Shown: positions 50,501-60,880 of the stretch, piece by piece
How positions within the stretch are numbered: the first letter of the stretch is position 1
Layout of the letters: each line of letters starts with the position of its first letter
From: Menidia menidia
Taxonomy: Eukaryota
Assembly: GCA_048628825.1 (NCBI GenBank)
Contig: CM109626.1
Span: 16,957,077 to 17,021,076 of the forward strand
DNA length: 64,000 nucleotides
Direction: 5' to 3'
The notes under the pieces: generated by a model
What the model was told of the DNA's origin: nothing
What the model saw: the letters and a program-made list of their open reading frames with translations, nothing else
The model's database searches: none
Program-made: the position numbers and the translations under genes

Positions 50501-52541
50501 AGCCTTCACAGCTCAAACATTTTCTCTTAAAGCTCACATGTGCACGAGATTTCTCTCATCTGACTGTACTCAAATCTATTCACCAGTTCATGTTTTGGCT
50601 TTAAAAGACACCAAACACCTTCATCTTTCTAATAAAGTATCTCACATGTGTCAGAAAAATGTTTTACTCTCATAACCAGAAAAAACTAAGTTTCTGTGAG
50701 TCAGTAAAACTCCGACTGGTTTTAGCTCATGTTAAGCCTGTAATGCCAAATGTATCATATTTGATACATGCAGTTTCTGAAATGTTTTGCGTCTGACACC
50801 TTTTGCATAATTTAATGGTAAAAACTTTGCTCAAAATCCTATTGTACAGAATCAGATATACCTGATAACAGGAGGCAGAAGACTACACAAAAAATAATCT
50901 TGACTTATCGCATAGTAATAAATTATCAAAAATGTATTTCCGTTTTTTCTTTTTACATATTTTGTTAAAAGGCCAAATAAGTCATTCAAACAAAAAGTGA
51001 AAGTAATTTTCTGTTTTGTTTTATTCTTGGATCAGGCTTTAAAGGGTTAAGTTGGATCTTCAGTGATTCTCAAAGTGCTTTAAGTAATCAGCTTATTACA
51101 GTGTTAATATATTAGAGGGTGTTTTACCTTTTTATGTTCGACCAAAATGTTTAACAGTATGATTTCAAAGATAATCGAGGTCCTCACACACTCAAAGAGG
51201 GATGAATAACACATTTTCATCATCGTTATTATCACCATTATTCATGTTATATGACCTCCTGCCGCCCCCCAGAGGTCTGTAGGGGCTAAGGCTTAAAATA
51301 AGTCCAAAACGCAGCTTTTTATTTAGTTTGGTGTTCATTAACAGACAACATCATGTATACTTTCAAGTCGTGGGTGAGGATAGACATTAAACCAGACGTT
51401 TCTGTTTACTCTCAATAATTTATTTGTTCAGTAAAAAACCAGCACCGTAGAAAATAAGTGTTCACCCATTTAAAAAACACAAAAACACATACAAAAATCT
51501 GATTATTCTGCATCAGAAACACCAGAAGTGACGAGACAAAAGCTGCCCGTCAGACGTGGGACGGCGGTTAAAGTGCGACTGGAAAACGTCCCGACGGGCA
51601 GCACGACAACCCGGAAACAAAACAGCCCCTTCAAACGGACCGTTTCAAAGAAAAACAAGAAGATGCTTCCAGAAAGAAAGGCCCTTTGAAAGCCCAGCAC
51701 AGTAACAGACTGACACGTTTCAGGGGCCCGGCCTGAGCTTTTAGACATGGAGGTTAAAGGCAGGAGCCTGTAAAAATATGAAAATCATCATTATGTTTAG
51801 AATGGCGTCAATGGCACTCCACAGAAAATGAACCTGTAGTTTTTAGCAGCTTTGTGGCAAAAAGTAATCGGAAAAATGATTGTTTTGATAAAAAACAATA
51901 AACAGCTTTAGGAACTCCTTAATCTATTACTGATGGTGACAATCGTATTTATTATTTATTTAAAATTCATACAGCAAAGGCTTTTAAGAACGTGACTTGT
52001 AAGAGGAGCAGATTTCTAAATCAGTCTCTGTTCTACCCTGTCAACCTAAGGCAGATTGTGTTTATTCTTTTAGGAAAAGCAAGAGTTTTGAGATAGTTTA
52101 ATGATAACTATAAAAAATGTAATTAACCTGTTTTAAATAAAAAATTAGAAAAAAAAAGCTAAAAATCTTTGGATTAAACCATCTGAAAGACTTATTATCT
52201 GTTGCACATTTAGTGTTCATTTTACAACGTCTCAGCCTTTTCTGTGATGGATGGACCTGACGAGCTGTATTATTGGGGGTATTTGGGCTCCTCCCCTCAT
52301 GAGGAACTCTGTGTGTTCAGATATACCTCCTCAGAGAGGATGAACCGGGCCAGTGGATCGTAAACTGAGATGGTTTTCAACATGTCGGCAGATATTTGGG
52401 TGGAAATGTCTCCCTTTATGAGCTCTACCGGATGGCTAAAGACATCAGTGAGGAGAGCGTTTGTTGCCAAACCTGATGCTCCTGGTGGAGTCCGTTGGCC
52501 CTGGCGATCCCTGCTGAAGGCGCCTCCTCCTGAGGATCCGG

Positions 52542-54164
52542 CTAAATGTTCAGGCCCTCCTCCCGCAGCGCGTCTGACTGGAGGCGGGATCCTCTCCGGC
52601 TGGGCCGGTGTTCCCTGTCGCTGCCCTTCCTCCCGGGCCTCTCCTCCTCCTCCCCTCCTGCTGACTCAAACACCCTCCTGGCGCTCTCCACCCTGCTGCC
52701 CTGTCTCCCCCCTTCCCTCTCCCTGGGCTCCTGGTCCCTCCTGTGGTGACTCCTCTCCGATTCCCTGTCCGTCTCCCTCCTCGTCACCCCCTCGGGACCC
52801 CGGTGGGACTCCTTCTTCCTCCTTGTGCTTCCTTGATGCTCGCTTTCTGTCCCCTTGCTTCCTTGTTTCTCCTCTCTGCTCCTCACCATCTCTGCTCTCC
52901 AGTCTTTTACTCCCCTGTCCTCCTCTCCTTTTCTCCCCCAGCACTCCGACCGGTCCCCTCTGTCTTTGTGGCGGCTCTTCCTCTCCTCATCTGGCTCTCT
53001 CGCTTTATTTCTGTCTCCTCTCTCTCCGTCTTTGCTGCTCCTGCTGCTGCTGTGCCTCCTGGTATGCTCACCTTGCACCCCCTGCTCTTGTTTCCCCTCC
53101 ATCTTCATCCCCCCTCCCTCCTCCCGGCTGCTTCTTTTCCTCTCGCTTTCCTTCTTCTCCCGCGCTGCCTGGGATTTTGAACTCCGGTCATCCTGTTTTG
53201 AATCTCCTGATCTGCTCTGAGCTTCTTCCTTCTCCTTCTTATTGCTCTCCTTCTCCTTCCAGACAGCCGTTCTCTTTGCTCCAGAGTCTTCTTTGGCCTT
53301 TTCGTGCTTACTCTCCTGTTTCTTGTCTTTTTCAGCAGCCAGACGGTTCTCACTTTCTTTGTCTCTCTTGGTTCCTTTCTGAGACTCTCCTGCTATAATG
53401 TCTTTGCTGCTTTTGTTACTGGTGTCATTTTTCTGCTTCTGCTTCTCGTCGGGAATCTTCTGTAGCTTCCCTCCTTCCTCTGCGTTGGTTTCCATTTTCT
53501 CCTGTTTCTCCTGTTTCTCCTTCTTTTCCTCCTGCTCTCCTTTCTCCTTCGTGCTCTTCTCCTCCTTTTTGTCCTTCTTCAGTTTGAAAAGTCCCTTCTC
53601 CGTCTCTTTTTTCTTCTGCGGCTCCACCTCCTCCTTCTTGTCCAGCTTCTCCTCCAGGAGGTCCAGCTCCTGCTCCAGCTCAGCCAGCTTCTTTGGGTCA
53701 GACTCCAAATCGTCGTCCACCTCAACCTCCACCTCCTCGATCTCCTCGTACTCCTCCACCTCGATGCCGTCCATGGTCTTCTGCAGCTGCGTCTTCACCT
53801 TGTTCAGCTCCAGGAGGCCGTCCTGGAGGTCTTTGCACACCTCTCTGATCTTGCCAGCAAACTTGGTTTTGGCGCCCTTTCGGAGCTCGTGGGAGTCCTT
53901 GGCGAGGAAGAAAACGTCCAGAGCCAAGAAGAGGGCGGACATGACACCTGTGGTGACGCTGATGGCCTGGGCGGCCTTGGCGGCGCCGCCCGCGGCGCCC
54001 AGAACCTGCACGGTGCTGATGAGCTTGTCGGTGTTGATCATCAGGGCTTTTCCCGCCCGGCCTCCCTCCTTCATCACGTGCTTGATGTTGTGGTTCATGG
54101 CCTTTTTGGCAGCACTCTGAGAGTACTTCTCAAAATCCCACTCCTGTAGGGTGTCCATACCTTC
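52542..54164 (-). CDS. Apolipoprotein-L domain protein, terminal exon. It encodes the C-terminal APOL region (EGMDTLQEWDFEKYSQSAAKKAMNHNIKHVMKEGGRAGKALMINTDKLISTVQVLGAAGGAAKAAQAISVTTGVMSALFLALDVFFLAKDSHELRKGAKTKFAGKIREVCKDLQDGLLELNKVKTQLQ), then about 400 aa of K/E/R/D/S-rich low-complexity tail, ending at stop 52542-52544.
   Basis: The acceptor is ctctgcag|GAAGGTATG at 54165/54164, in phase 0 with the previous exon. The first 130 aa resemble the APOL1 C-terminus ([61 protein letters not shown]). The tail ORF is uninterrupted, but it lies in a pure purine tract where stop codons are rare, so its reality as coding sequence is uncertain. Confidence 0.65.
   Translation of the reverse strand, partial: EGMDTLQEWDFEKYSQSAAKKAMNHNIKHVMKEGGRAGKALMINTDKLISTVQVLGAAGGAAKAAQAISVTTGVMSALFLALDVFFLAKDSHELRKGAKTKFAGKIREVCKDLQDGLLELNKVKTQLQKTMDGIEVEEYEEIEEVEVEVDDDLESDPKKLAELEQELDLLEEKLDKKEEVEPQKKKETEKGLFKLKKDKKEEKSTKEKGEQEEKKEKQEKQEKMETNAEEGGKLQKIPDEKQKQKNDTSNKSSKDIIAGESQKGTKRDKESENRLAAEKDKKQESKHEKAKEDSGAKRTAVWKEKESNKKEKEEAQSRSGDSKQDDRSSKSQAAREKKESERKRSSREEGGGMKMEGKQEQGVQGEHTRRHSSSRSSKDGERGDRNKAREPDEERKSRHKDRGDRSECWGRKGEEDRGVKDWRAEMVRSREEKQGSKGTESEHQGSTRRKKESHRGPEGVTRRETDRESERSHHRRDQEPREREGGRQGSRVESARRVFESAGGEEEERPGRKGSDREHRPSRRGSRLQSDALREEGLNI
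52600..53650. repeat. Strand-asymmetric polypurine/polypyrimidine tract of about 1 kb. The plus strand is almost exclusively C/T, the minus strand A/G. It overlaps the tail of the APOL terminal exon.
   Basis: Long CT-only stretches (ctcctcc, tctcc, cttcct...) occur on the plus strand. ORFs longer than 100 codons are open on both strands, because stop codons are absent from both purine-only and pyrimidine-only sequence. Confidence 0.8.
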
Positions 54165-54855
54165 CTGCAGAGCGGAGACAGCAGATCAGGGTCAGAGCTG
54201 CCTCTGGGAAGTGATCTCCACCTTTCACATTTTTGTAAACCAATGGAGTAAAACTTGTCGGAAAATAATGTAATTAAACAATTTAAAGGTTCACGTCTCC
54301 CTGAAAGAGGCAGGAAACATCTGTAACCAGGGGGTGATAGATTGCTGTGTTTTCATTTCAACTCTTGAATCATCTCTAAAATGTCCTCCAACAGGATTAT
54401 CTAAACATTGGTTTTGGTTATGTTCTTTTCTCAGAAAACTCCATCTGAAACATCAGAGATTTCCCATGCAGCACAGAGGAAACACCCGTTGTCTTCCAAT
54501 ATAATCATGCATAGAAGAAAACTGCTATCATGTCCAGTGGTGCTGTCCAGCCCAGCATGTCCAGACTGAGGTCATTGTGTTCTGTGATAACGCCGACAAA
54601 CGAAGACGTACACATAGAACCAGGAGGTATAACAAAAATACCACCAACTGCCTGGAACGTTCTTGTTTCTAACAACAACAACGCCCGATATCAACGGTTA
54701 ATTCTGATTGTAACACTCATTTTTACCGGAAACGCATAATCTCACTCAGATTTCAGTTACAGTAAGGGCCTGAAAGCATCTTTAAACATGATAATTTTAG
54801 TTTTAATAGACCTGTTTTTTTCCCTCTCTAGTGACAAAGTCCCCCCCCCTCTCAC

Positions 54856-55270
54856 CTGAACAAACTCCAGACACTCCCTGATGTCTTTGATCTCCTCCTG
54901 GTAGCCCTGGATCATCTTCTCCACCTTTTTGCGGTCCATGTTGGAGTGCACCGTGTCGGTGATGTTGGCCGTGGCCGACGCGATGCTGCCGGCCGTGGCC
55001 ACTCTGATCCCCACCGCTGTGACTATGATGGAGGCCCCGAAGGTGAAAGGGGCCAGGATGAGCCCGGTGATGGTGGCCACGCTGCCCGCCACGCTGGCCA
55101 CGCCTCCGCCCACCGCCGCCGTCACCGTCCTCTTGTGGAACTGGTCGGCGGCGTCGGCCAGAGACAGAAGCTCCAGGATGCGCTGCTGCAAGGACGCCCC
55201 CCGCTGGTTGAAAAGACGCACAAACAGTCGGGCGGCCATGTAGACTCGATCCGCCGCCTGCTCCATCGCC
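54856..55270 (-). CDS. Apolipoprotein-L domain protein (APOL/APOLD1-like), exon encoding the membrane-hairpin region: (R)AMEQAADRVYMAARLFVRLFNQRGASLQQRILELLSLADAADQFHKRTVTAAVGGGVASVAGSVATITGLILAPFTFGASIIVTAVGIRVATAGSIASATANITDTVHSNMDRKKVEKMIQGYQEEIKDIRECLEFVQ.
   Basis: The exon matches the human APOL1 membrane-addressing region ([48 protein letters not shown]...) and APOLD1 (...LVSAVGLGVATAGGAVTITSD...EILSCLEFF), both recalled from memory. The acceptor is tctctgcag|G at 55271/55270 and the donor CAG|gtgaga at 54856/54855, anchored by ORF 54757..55290. An ATG at 55266 is an alternative start. Confidence 0.8.
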
Positions 55271-55515
55271 CTGCAGAGACACCAAACCACGACTTAGACA
55301 GAAGGCACTTTACCCAAACATTTCAGAACCCAGGTACATTTCCCCAGGTAATTAGCATTAAAATTAAGAAACTATATGTACATTTCCTCATCATCTTCCT
55401 GGAAATTGGAGCTCTCAGTCCACTCAGTCCAACCTGGAAAACAGCAACACAACAAGACGATCAGTAAACGGAGATTTAAATGTTTCACTTAAGCACGAAC
55501 GTGTAAAAGCACGAC

Positions 55516-55555
55516 CTTTCACTGTGTTCCACCACTCCATCAGCTCGTCGCTCTC
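55516..55555 (-). CDS. Candidate 40-nt linker exon of the APOL-domain gene, with phase 1 in and phase 2 out.
   Basis: The acceptor is ttgttttcag|GAG and the donor GAAAG|gtcgtg. Its length and phase exactly bridge the upstream 106-nt exon to the phase-1 acceptor of the APOL-domain exon. Confidence 0.4.
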
Positions 55556-55619
55556 CTGAAAACAAGAAAACATGACTTCTGTTAGTTAGCAGGCAAATTA
55601 AGGCCTACGCAAACCAAGT

Positions 55620-55733
55620 GTGTGCAGTGAGCCAAAACACACCGGCGTGGGTTCAGCAGGGTTTTCTTCACTCGGAAAAGCCGCCATCTGCACCGTCTGG
55701 ATCTCCACGGTGCTCTCCTGCTGAACAAACAGT
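55620..55733 (-). CDS. Candidate exon: QESTVEIQTVQMAAFPSEENPAEPTPVCFGSLHTL(+1).
   Basis: The acceptor is ttgttcag|CAG and the donor CTTG|gtttgc. The exon is 106 nt with an open frame. A second frame is also open, so the assignment is tentative. Confidence 0.35.
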
Positions 55734-55996
55734 AACGCAAGAGTAACACAAAGCTGCTTCTGCCCCCAAAGTCAGCCAAGCATTTAATTACAGGTGAAAT
55801 GAGATATATGATAAAGAAAACGACAAAAAGGACACAAGATGAGAAGATGCAAATCAAAAGATTTGCCAAAATCTCATTCAGATCCTGTGAACTTTTAAAA
55901 ACATTGATAGAAAAAAAATGCTATTCTTTATTCCCATTACAGAATGTAAATATCATTTTAACAGGTGGACAGTAAGTGAATTGTCTTGATATTAAC

Positions 55997-56059
55997 CTGC
56001 GGGGCATTCAGATCCTGCAGCTCAACGCTCTCCTCAATGATCGGCATCTTTTCTGAACT
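55997..56059 (-). CDS. Candidate exon: SSEKMPIIEESVELQDLNAPQ (63 nt, phase 0).
   Basis: The acceptor is tccccag|AGT and the donor CCGCAG|gttaat. Confidence 0.35.
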
Positions 56060-56349
56060 CTGGGGAGAAGAAACACACCATTAGTCAGTTCTGAGTGACT
56101 AAAATTAGTGTATTTCTGTTTGGTCAAATCTTGCTTTGTGTGGTAAATAACTCAGACGGCAGAAAATACCTGTGAAGCCTGACCGATTTTGGGGATTTTG
56201 GGAAGAGTTTTCTTGATCCGGAACGACACAACCTGATGAAAACCGAATGTTAACGAAGTCGGGGATGTGGGTTGTTTGAAGTGTTAGCTTGTGTTTTAAA
56301 TCAGGTCTCTTACTTTTACTGTCCCAGTCAATAGAAATAAACAACTCAC

Positions 56350-56421
56350 TCGTCTTTTCTTCTTTATCGTCCTCCTGCGTCTCAGCCCACCTCCCGCCGG
56401 TGCCTCTGTGTCCTCGCCCTC
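56350..56421 (-). CDS. Candidate exon: EGEDTEAPAGGGLRRRRTIKKKRR (72 nt, phase 0), a basic NLS-like cluster.
   Basis: The acceptor is gttgcag|GAG and the donor GACGA|gtgagt. The frame was chosen to keep phase 0 with the repeat array. Confidence 0.3.
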
Positions 56422-56876
56422 CTGCAACACAGATTAAAATAGCAGAGTTTCTGTTTTTATCTGCTGAAATGAAACAAACACATAGCTGTGGAATTAACCC
56501 CCCAAGAAGGAGTTGAGGGGAGCGATGTCTGGGTTTCCCCCCTGAACCTGTTGCTGACCTCAGGTAAAAAATGAACGGATGGACTGTCATAACCGATAGT
56601 TCAACTGATTCAACCTTAGTTAAGCTTGGTGCGACTCTCTGATATAGAATTAAACAATTCTAATACTAATGTAGTTTGGTTGTAAAAACGAGATTTCTGC
56701 TAAGTTGATTAAAAGAATTAAAAAAAAAAAAAAGGTACACAACTAAAAAGAAACTCAAAACAAACATTTTCTCTGGAACATCTCCAGCGTTGACGTGTGA
56801 AAACATTTCAAGTCTGTTGCAGCTGACAGTGTGAATATGTCTACAAATAAATGATTACGATAAACTTTTTCTGTAC

Positions 56877-56936
56877 CTGCTTCTCCGATGTTTTGGGCGT
56901 CCGTCTGAACATCCCAGCAAACCCCATGTTTTTCTC
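56877..56936 (-). CDS. Array exon, A module: EKNMGFAGMFRRTPKTSEKQ.
   Basis: The acceptor is cag|GAGAAAAAC and the donor AAGCAG|gtacag. Confidence 0.6.
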
Positions 56937-57346
56937 CTGTTAAGAAAAATAATAAAATCCTGAGCTGCTTGATGGTGGGCAACAGATATTTAACCTCTAA
57001 CCCTAAAGTCTTCTTTAATTCTAAACTTTGCCCTTTAAGGCTGGTGGGTTATTACGGCTGCAATCGTGGCTGAAACACCCGACCAATGAGAAGCCATGAT
57101 CGCTGCTGTTTACTTGTCTCAAAGAGGATGTTTTGGTCACTGGTTTCAAAGTTGAAATGGTTGTGAAACCAACTAAGGAAGGAAACAAAGGAACCATTGT
57201 AGCTGGCTGCCAAGAGTGAAGGAGCTTTAGAATGTAAGGCCAAACGTATTTAGGATCAAAGAAGTCCGGGTTTCCCCATTCAAGCTCTAATTAACACAAT
57301 AAAGACTGAGGACATACAGATATTGGCTTTACTCACCTTTGAGTTG

Positions 57347-57418
57347 TTCGTGGACTCTGACAGATCCTCTTTACTAGCAGACAGTTGATTCTGGGCTGAG
57401 ACATCGTCCTTTAAAACA
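57347..57418 (-). CDS. Array exon, B module: DDVSAQNQLSASKEDLSESTNNSK.
   Basis: The acceptor is ttttaaag|GAC and the donor TCAAAG|gtgagt. Confidence 0.55.
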
Positions 57419-57667
57419 GTCATTTTAGATTTCAAATAATAAAATCATCATTGCATAATAAAAAACTAATACAAATATTTCATTGGGCAAGAATGAATGG
57501 TCTCAGTTTTCTGAGGCAACTAGTCATGAATTGCTTGTTTCCAGCTGAAGCACTGTTTTTTTTTTTCATGCCTCAGGATCGTGTCAAAAATTCATTAATT
57601 ATCTAAACATTGGGAATATTTGTTCTCAGCAAGTTTTCAAAATGTATTCCCGTATCAAAGATCTCAC

Positions 57668-57730
57668 CTTTCCGAATTCGTTGAGGCTGTCACAGCTGCC
57701 CGACAGCTGGTTTGAGTCACTGAGGGGGTC
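57668..57730 (-). CDS. Array exon, B module: DPLSDSNQLSGSCDSLNEFGK.
   Basis: The acceptor is ttgttcag|GAC and the donor GGAAAG|gtgaga. Confidence 0.55.
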
Positions 57731-58221
57731 CTGAACAAAAAAGCAGCAGTCATTTCCCTTCTTTAAAAACATTAATTAAAGGCATGCAGGACGCTCTTAA
57801 CGTGTGACCAAAAAATGTATAATTAATTACATATTCCAAAAATCAAATAAACATGAGTGATAAAATTAATAGTGCAGAAATAATGACTTTAGTCTCACAT
57901 GAACATGTTTCTTTGTGGGTGTAATCATTGCATCAAAATGATTCTTTATACAGTAGTGAGGAAATTGTACATGTTACGAAAGGATTTTTTTTTCAATTTC
58001 TTTCATATTGAATTTATGTTGAGTTATTAAAAAAAAAGAAAATTATATCCTTAATTCTGTGCCGATGTCCACCTTTTGTTTTGGCTTTTTAAAAAAACAT
58101 TTTGACAAAAAGAGAGAATCATAAATATTTGCTCAGATTAAAAATGAATGGCAGCTTTACTGTATCTCAACACTGCTTTGTCAGTTTGAGATTGAAGTTG
58201 AAAATTTGTTAAATTTGTCAC

Positions 58222-58293
58222 CTGAGTAGCGATTGATCGTGGAGCTGGTTTGGGTGACTTTTTAAAGATTCCTGCAAATCCTCCTGTTTTCTC
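58222..58293 (-). CDS. Array exon, A module: EKTGGFAGIFKKSPKPAPRSIATQ.
   Basis: The acceptor is gtgacag|GAGAAAAC and the donor ACTCAG|gtgaca. Confidence 0.6.
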
Positions 58294-58384
58294 CTGTCAC
58301 AAATAAAACGGCGATAATTAATAACCAGTTACAAAAAATTCTGAATAACAAGCCAATACTGACGCTGACTGGACACATTTGTAC

Positions 58385-58459
58385 CTTTGTGGTGTTTGCC
58401 TCCAACAGATTTTCAGAACTGGAGGATAAGTTGTTGCCCTCGCCTGCTTCACTTGATTC
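58385..58459 (-). CDS. Array exon, B module: ESSEAGEGNNLSSSSENLLEANTTK.
   Basis: The acceptor is gtgttcag|GAA and the donor ACAAAG|gtacaa. Confidence 0.55.
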
Positions 58460-58558
58460 CTGAACACACAAAAAATTAAATTAAACATACTTAAGATGGA
58501 AAAATACAGTGAAATGAATCCTTTTGTTATGTTTTAGCATTCCGTTCCATCACTGCAC

Positions 58559-58612
58559 CTCATCGGCAGGTTTTGGACTTTTCTTGAACATCCCACTGAA
58601 AATATTTTTGTC
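58559..58612 (-). CDS. Array exon, A module: DKNIFSGMFKKSPKPADE.
   Basis: The acceptor is tttttcag|GAC and the donor GATGAG|gtgcag. Confidence 0.6.
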
Positions 58613-58785
58613 CTGAAAAAACACAGAACAGAAAGAAACCATCACGTTTCCTCTCATCACCCTGTCCCTGTGGAAGTAACCAAGGTTTTTAGGGATGTTT
58701 AGGGAAACAAGTTTCACAAAATACCAGGTTTTCTTTAGATAAATCCTGAGTTAAAGTAAATAATCACAAAGCCGTACACACTGAC

Positions 58786-58851
58786 CTCGTCCAACAGGTT
58801 TTCAAAACTTGAGGATCTTTTGAATATTCCCGCCAGGCCTCCTTTTTTCTC
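58786..58851 (-). CDS. Array exon, fused A/B module: EKKGGLAGIFKRSSSFENLLDE.
   Basis: The acceptor is tttcag|GAGAAAAAAGG and the donor GACGAG|gtcagt. Confidence 0.55.
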
Positions 58852-59613
58852 CTGAAACGCAGAAATGTTGACTCAATCAGAGGTGGGAAGTTACAGTTTA
58901 CTGTGAGGTTCACAGCAGCTTATAGCCACCCAGGGTCTCCAACACAGACTATTTCATACGATCAACAACAGAACAAGCAACAAAGGAACAGCCGGAATAA
59001 CAATTCTAAACACATTTGTTATTCTAAGCAGCCAGCAGATCTAAGGTGTGATGGTCATTCCAAATTCAGAACATATTCAAGTTATGAACATGCTGCCAGT
59101 AAACAAGCCGCTCTTCCAAAGACCCCTGTCTCTACTCGCTGGTGTTTGATGGGAACCATTTACATACCAGCAAAAGCCTTTGTCATTTAGGTACATCTTG
59201 TCTTTACAACACAACTAAAATAATTAAGAGACGACACATCTCCGCAGTTTTAGCTGATTTTCATAGGCTCCTTGTTGAATTCAGGTTGGAATTTAAAACT
59301 TAACTGCTTAACCTGCCGTTTCCCCTCTCATGGACACTCCAGAGCACAACACAAATCACTCGTTTACTTCTGTAACAGACTGAAACTACAGACTCAGCAT
59401 GTTGTATATGCGACAAAAACATCTGTGTACACGTCTGACATATGTGAAGAGTGAACACTTATATCCGTTATCTGGCCTACTTTGACTTCTCTGAAATCTT
59501 TAACAGCTGGACAATATCTCAAGTCGACATGACAGGGCAGGTTTCAGTTCATCTTCTCATGACAGAGTCGGCCACAGATGAGACGCCGGGGAAATGCAGA
59601 AGTGGTGTTTTGC

Positions 59614-59679
59614 TCTGAAATACCTTCTGGCCGGTTGTTTCTGTCAGATTCTCACTGCTGCTCTTCAGCTGGTTTTCAG
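59614..59679 (-). CDS. Array exon, B module: ELAAENQLKSSSENLTETTGQK.
   Basis: The acceptor is catgcag|GAG and the donor CAGAAG|gtattt. Confidence 0.55.
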
Positions 59680-59781
59680 CTGCCAGCTCCTGCATGAAGA
59701 AACAGACAAGATTAAAAATGAAAACGTGAAGATTTGCTCTGTAAAAGGAGCTGTGGTCAACATCTGCTGCAGCTGCTGTAC

Positions 59782-59850
59782 CGGCTCGGCTGTGGCGCCC
59801 TCTGCTGGTTTCTGCGGCTTCTTAAACATGTTGCTGAAAATGTTTTTCTC
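59782..59850 (-). CDS. Array exon, A module: EKNIFSNMFKKPQKPAEGATAEP.
   Basis: The acceptor is tttgaag|GAGAAAAAC and the donor GAGCCG|gtacag. It is anchored by ORF 59665..59856. Confidence 0.65.
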
Positions 59851-59936
59851 CTTCAAACAGAAAAGGACGGCGGGGTTAAAAAACTGCCTGTGGCTGCTGA
59901 TGACGCGTGAGCTCCAGGTGTCTGGAGCACACTGAC

Positions 59937-60002
59937 CTTGGTGCTGGGGTTCTCAGACAGATCTTCACTGCTGGCCCACAGCTGCTGCTCTTCTTCTCCG
60001 TC
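59937..60002 (-). CDS. Array exon, B module: DGEEEQQLWASSEDLSENPSTK.
   Basis: The acceptor is gtttcag|GAC and the donor ACCAAG|gtcagt. Confidence 0.55.
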
Positions 60003-60093
60003 CTGAAACAGAAAGTGGTTTTAAAACTTGAAGCGGTTCAAATTATCGGAGAGTTTTGAAACTCTCTGCACATGCAGGAAAACATTTACTTAC

Positions 60094-60168
60094 CGGGGCT
60101 TCGGTCCTTTCTCCTGATGCTTTGGGAGTTTTTTTAAGGAGTCCGCTGAATATACCTTTACCTTTCTC
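60094..60168 (-). CDS. Array exon, A module: EKGKGIFSGLLKKTPKASGERTEAP.
   Basis: The acceptor is gatcag|GAGAAAGG and the donor GCCCCG|gtaagt. Confidence 0.6.
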
Positions 60169-60247
60169 CTGATCAATTACAAAAATAATAACTTTAGGAT
60201 GAGGGATCGGAGTTTAACAGGTTTATTGTGGGTTTTAAGTCACTGAC

Positions 60248-60307
60248 CTGTTTGTTCTCAGATAAATTCTCATTGCTGGCTGAGAGCTCGCAGTCAGACA
60301 GCCCATC
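60248..60307 (-). CDS. Array exon, B module: DGLSDCELSASNENLSENKQ.
   Basis: The acceptor is ccttgcag|GAT and the donor AAACAG|gtcagt. Confidence 0.55.
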
Positions 60308-60604
60308 CTGCAAGGAGACATTAACAGCTTTAAAAGCATGAAAAGGTAATTTGACTTTATTACATCAATACCATGAAAACATTCAAATCTCCTTGTGTGA
60401 ATCAGTACAAACATATTAACATGTTTGGTTTTCATAGAAAGAAAAATGGTCAAAAAGTAACAAACATAACATGAAAAAGCAAAAATCAGCTCATCTTCAA
60501 TCTTTGTGCATCCTGTCAACAACCATAGCTTATTGTAAAGCGAACAGGAACAGAGAGGCTTCTAGCAGAAGCTGGAGTCACTGATCCATGTTACATGGAC
60601 CTAC

Positions 60605-60676
60605 CTCATCAGATTGAGCAGCGTCTGATGATTTAGGAGGCTTCTTGAATATCCCGCTAAATATGCTTCCTTTTTC
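60605..60676 (-). CDS. Array exon, A module: EKGSIFSGIFKKPPKSSDAAQSDE.
   Basis: The acceptor is gtttttcag|GAAAAAGG and the donor GATGAG|gtaggt. Confidence 0.6.
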
Positions 60677-60811
60677 CTGAAAAACACAGACATACTCACA
60701 GTTTTCTCTAAATGACCACATCTAAGATGTAGCTTTAAAATGTGACACAATTAGTTACACCCTTTCCAATCATCGAAGCATCGTAAATAATGCCAAACTG
60801 ACCTTTGAATT

Positions 60812-60880
60812 GGCTGCATCAGACAGACTGTCAGTACTTCCTGAAACATCTCCATGAGCCAGAAGATTCTCCTGGAAAAG
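60812..60880 (-). CDS. Array exon, B module: ENLLAHGDVSGSTDSLSDAANSK.
   Basis: The acceptor is ttttccag|GAG and the donor TCAAAG|gtcagt. Confidence 0.55.

Noticed and set aside
52370-53398. 342-aa plus-strand ORF (Pro/Ser/Leu-rich) and nested ORFs 52743..53180 and 52855..53220.
   Set aside because: It lies entirely inside the pure-pyrimidine strand of the polypurine/polypyrimidine tract, where stop codons cannot occur. It is antisense to the APOL terminal exon, it has no splice context, and its composition is not protein-like.
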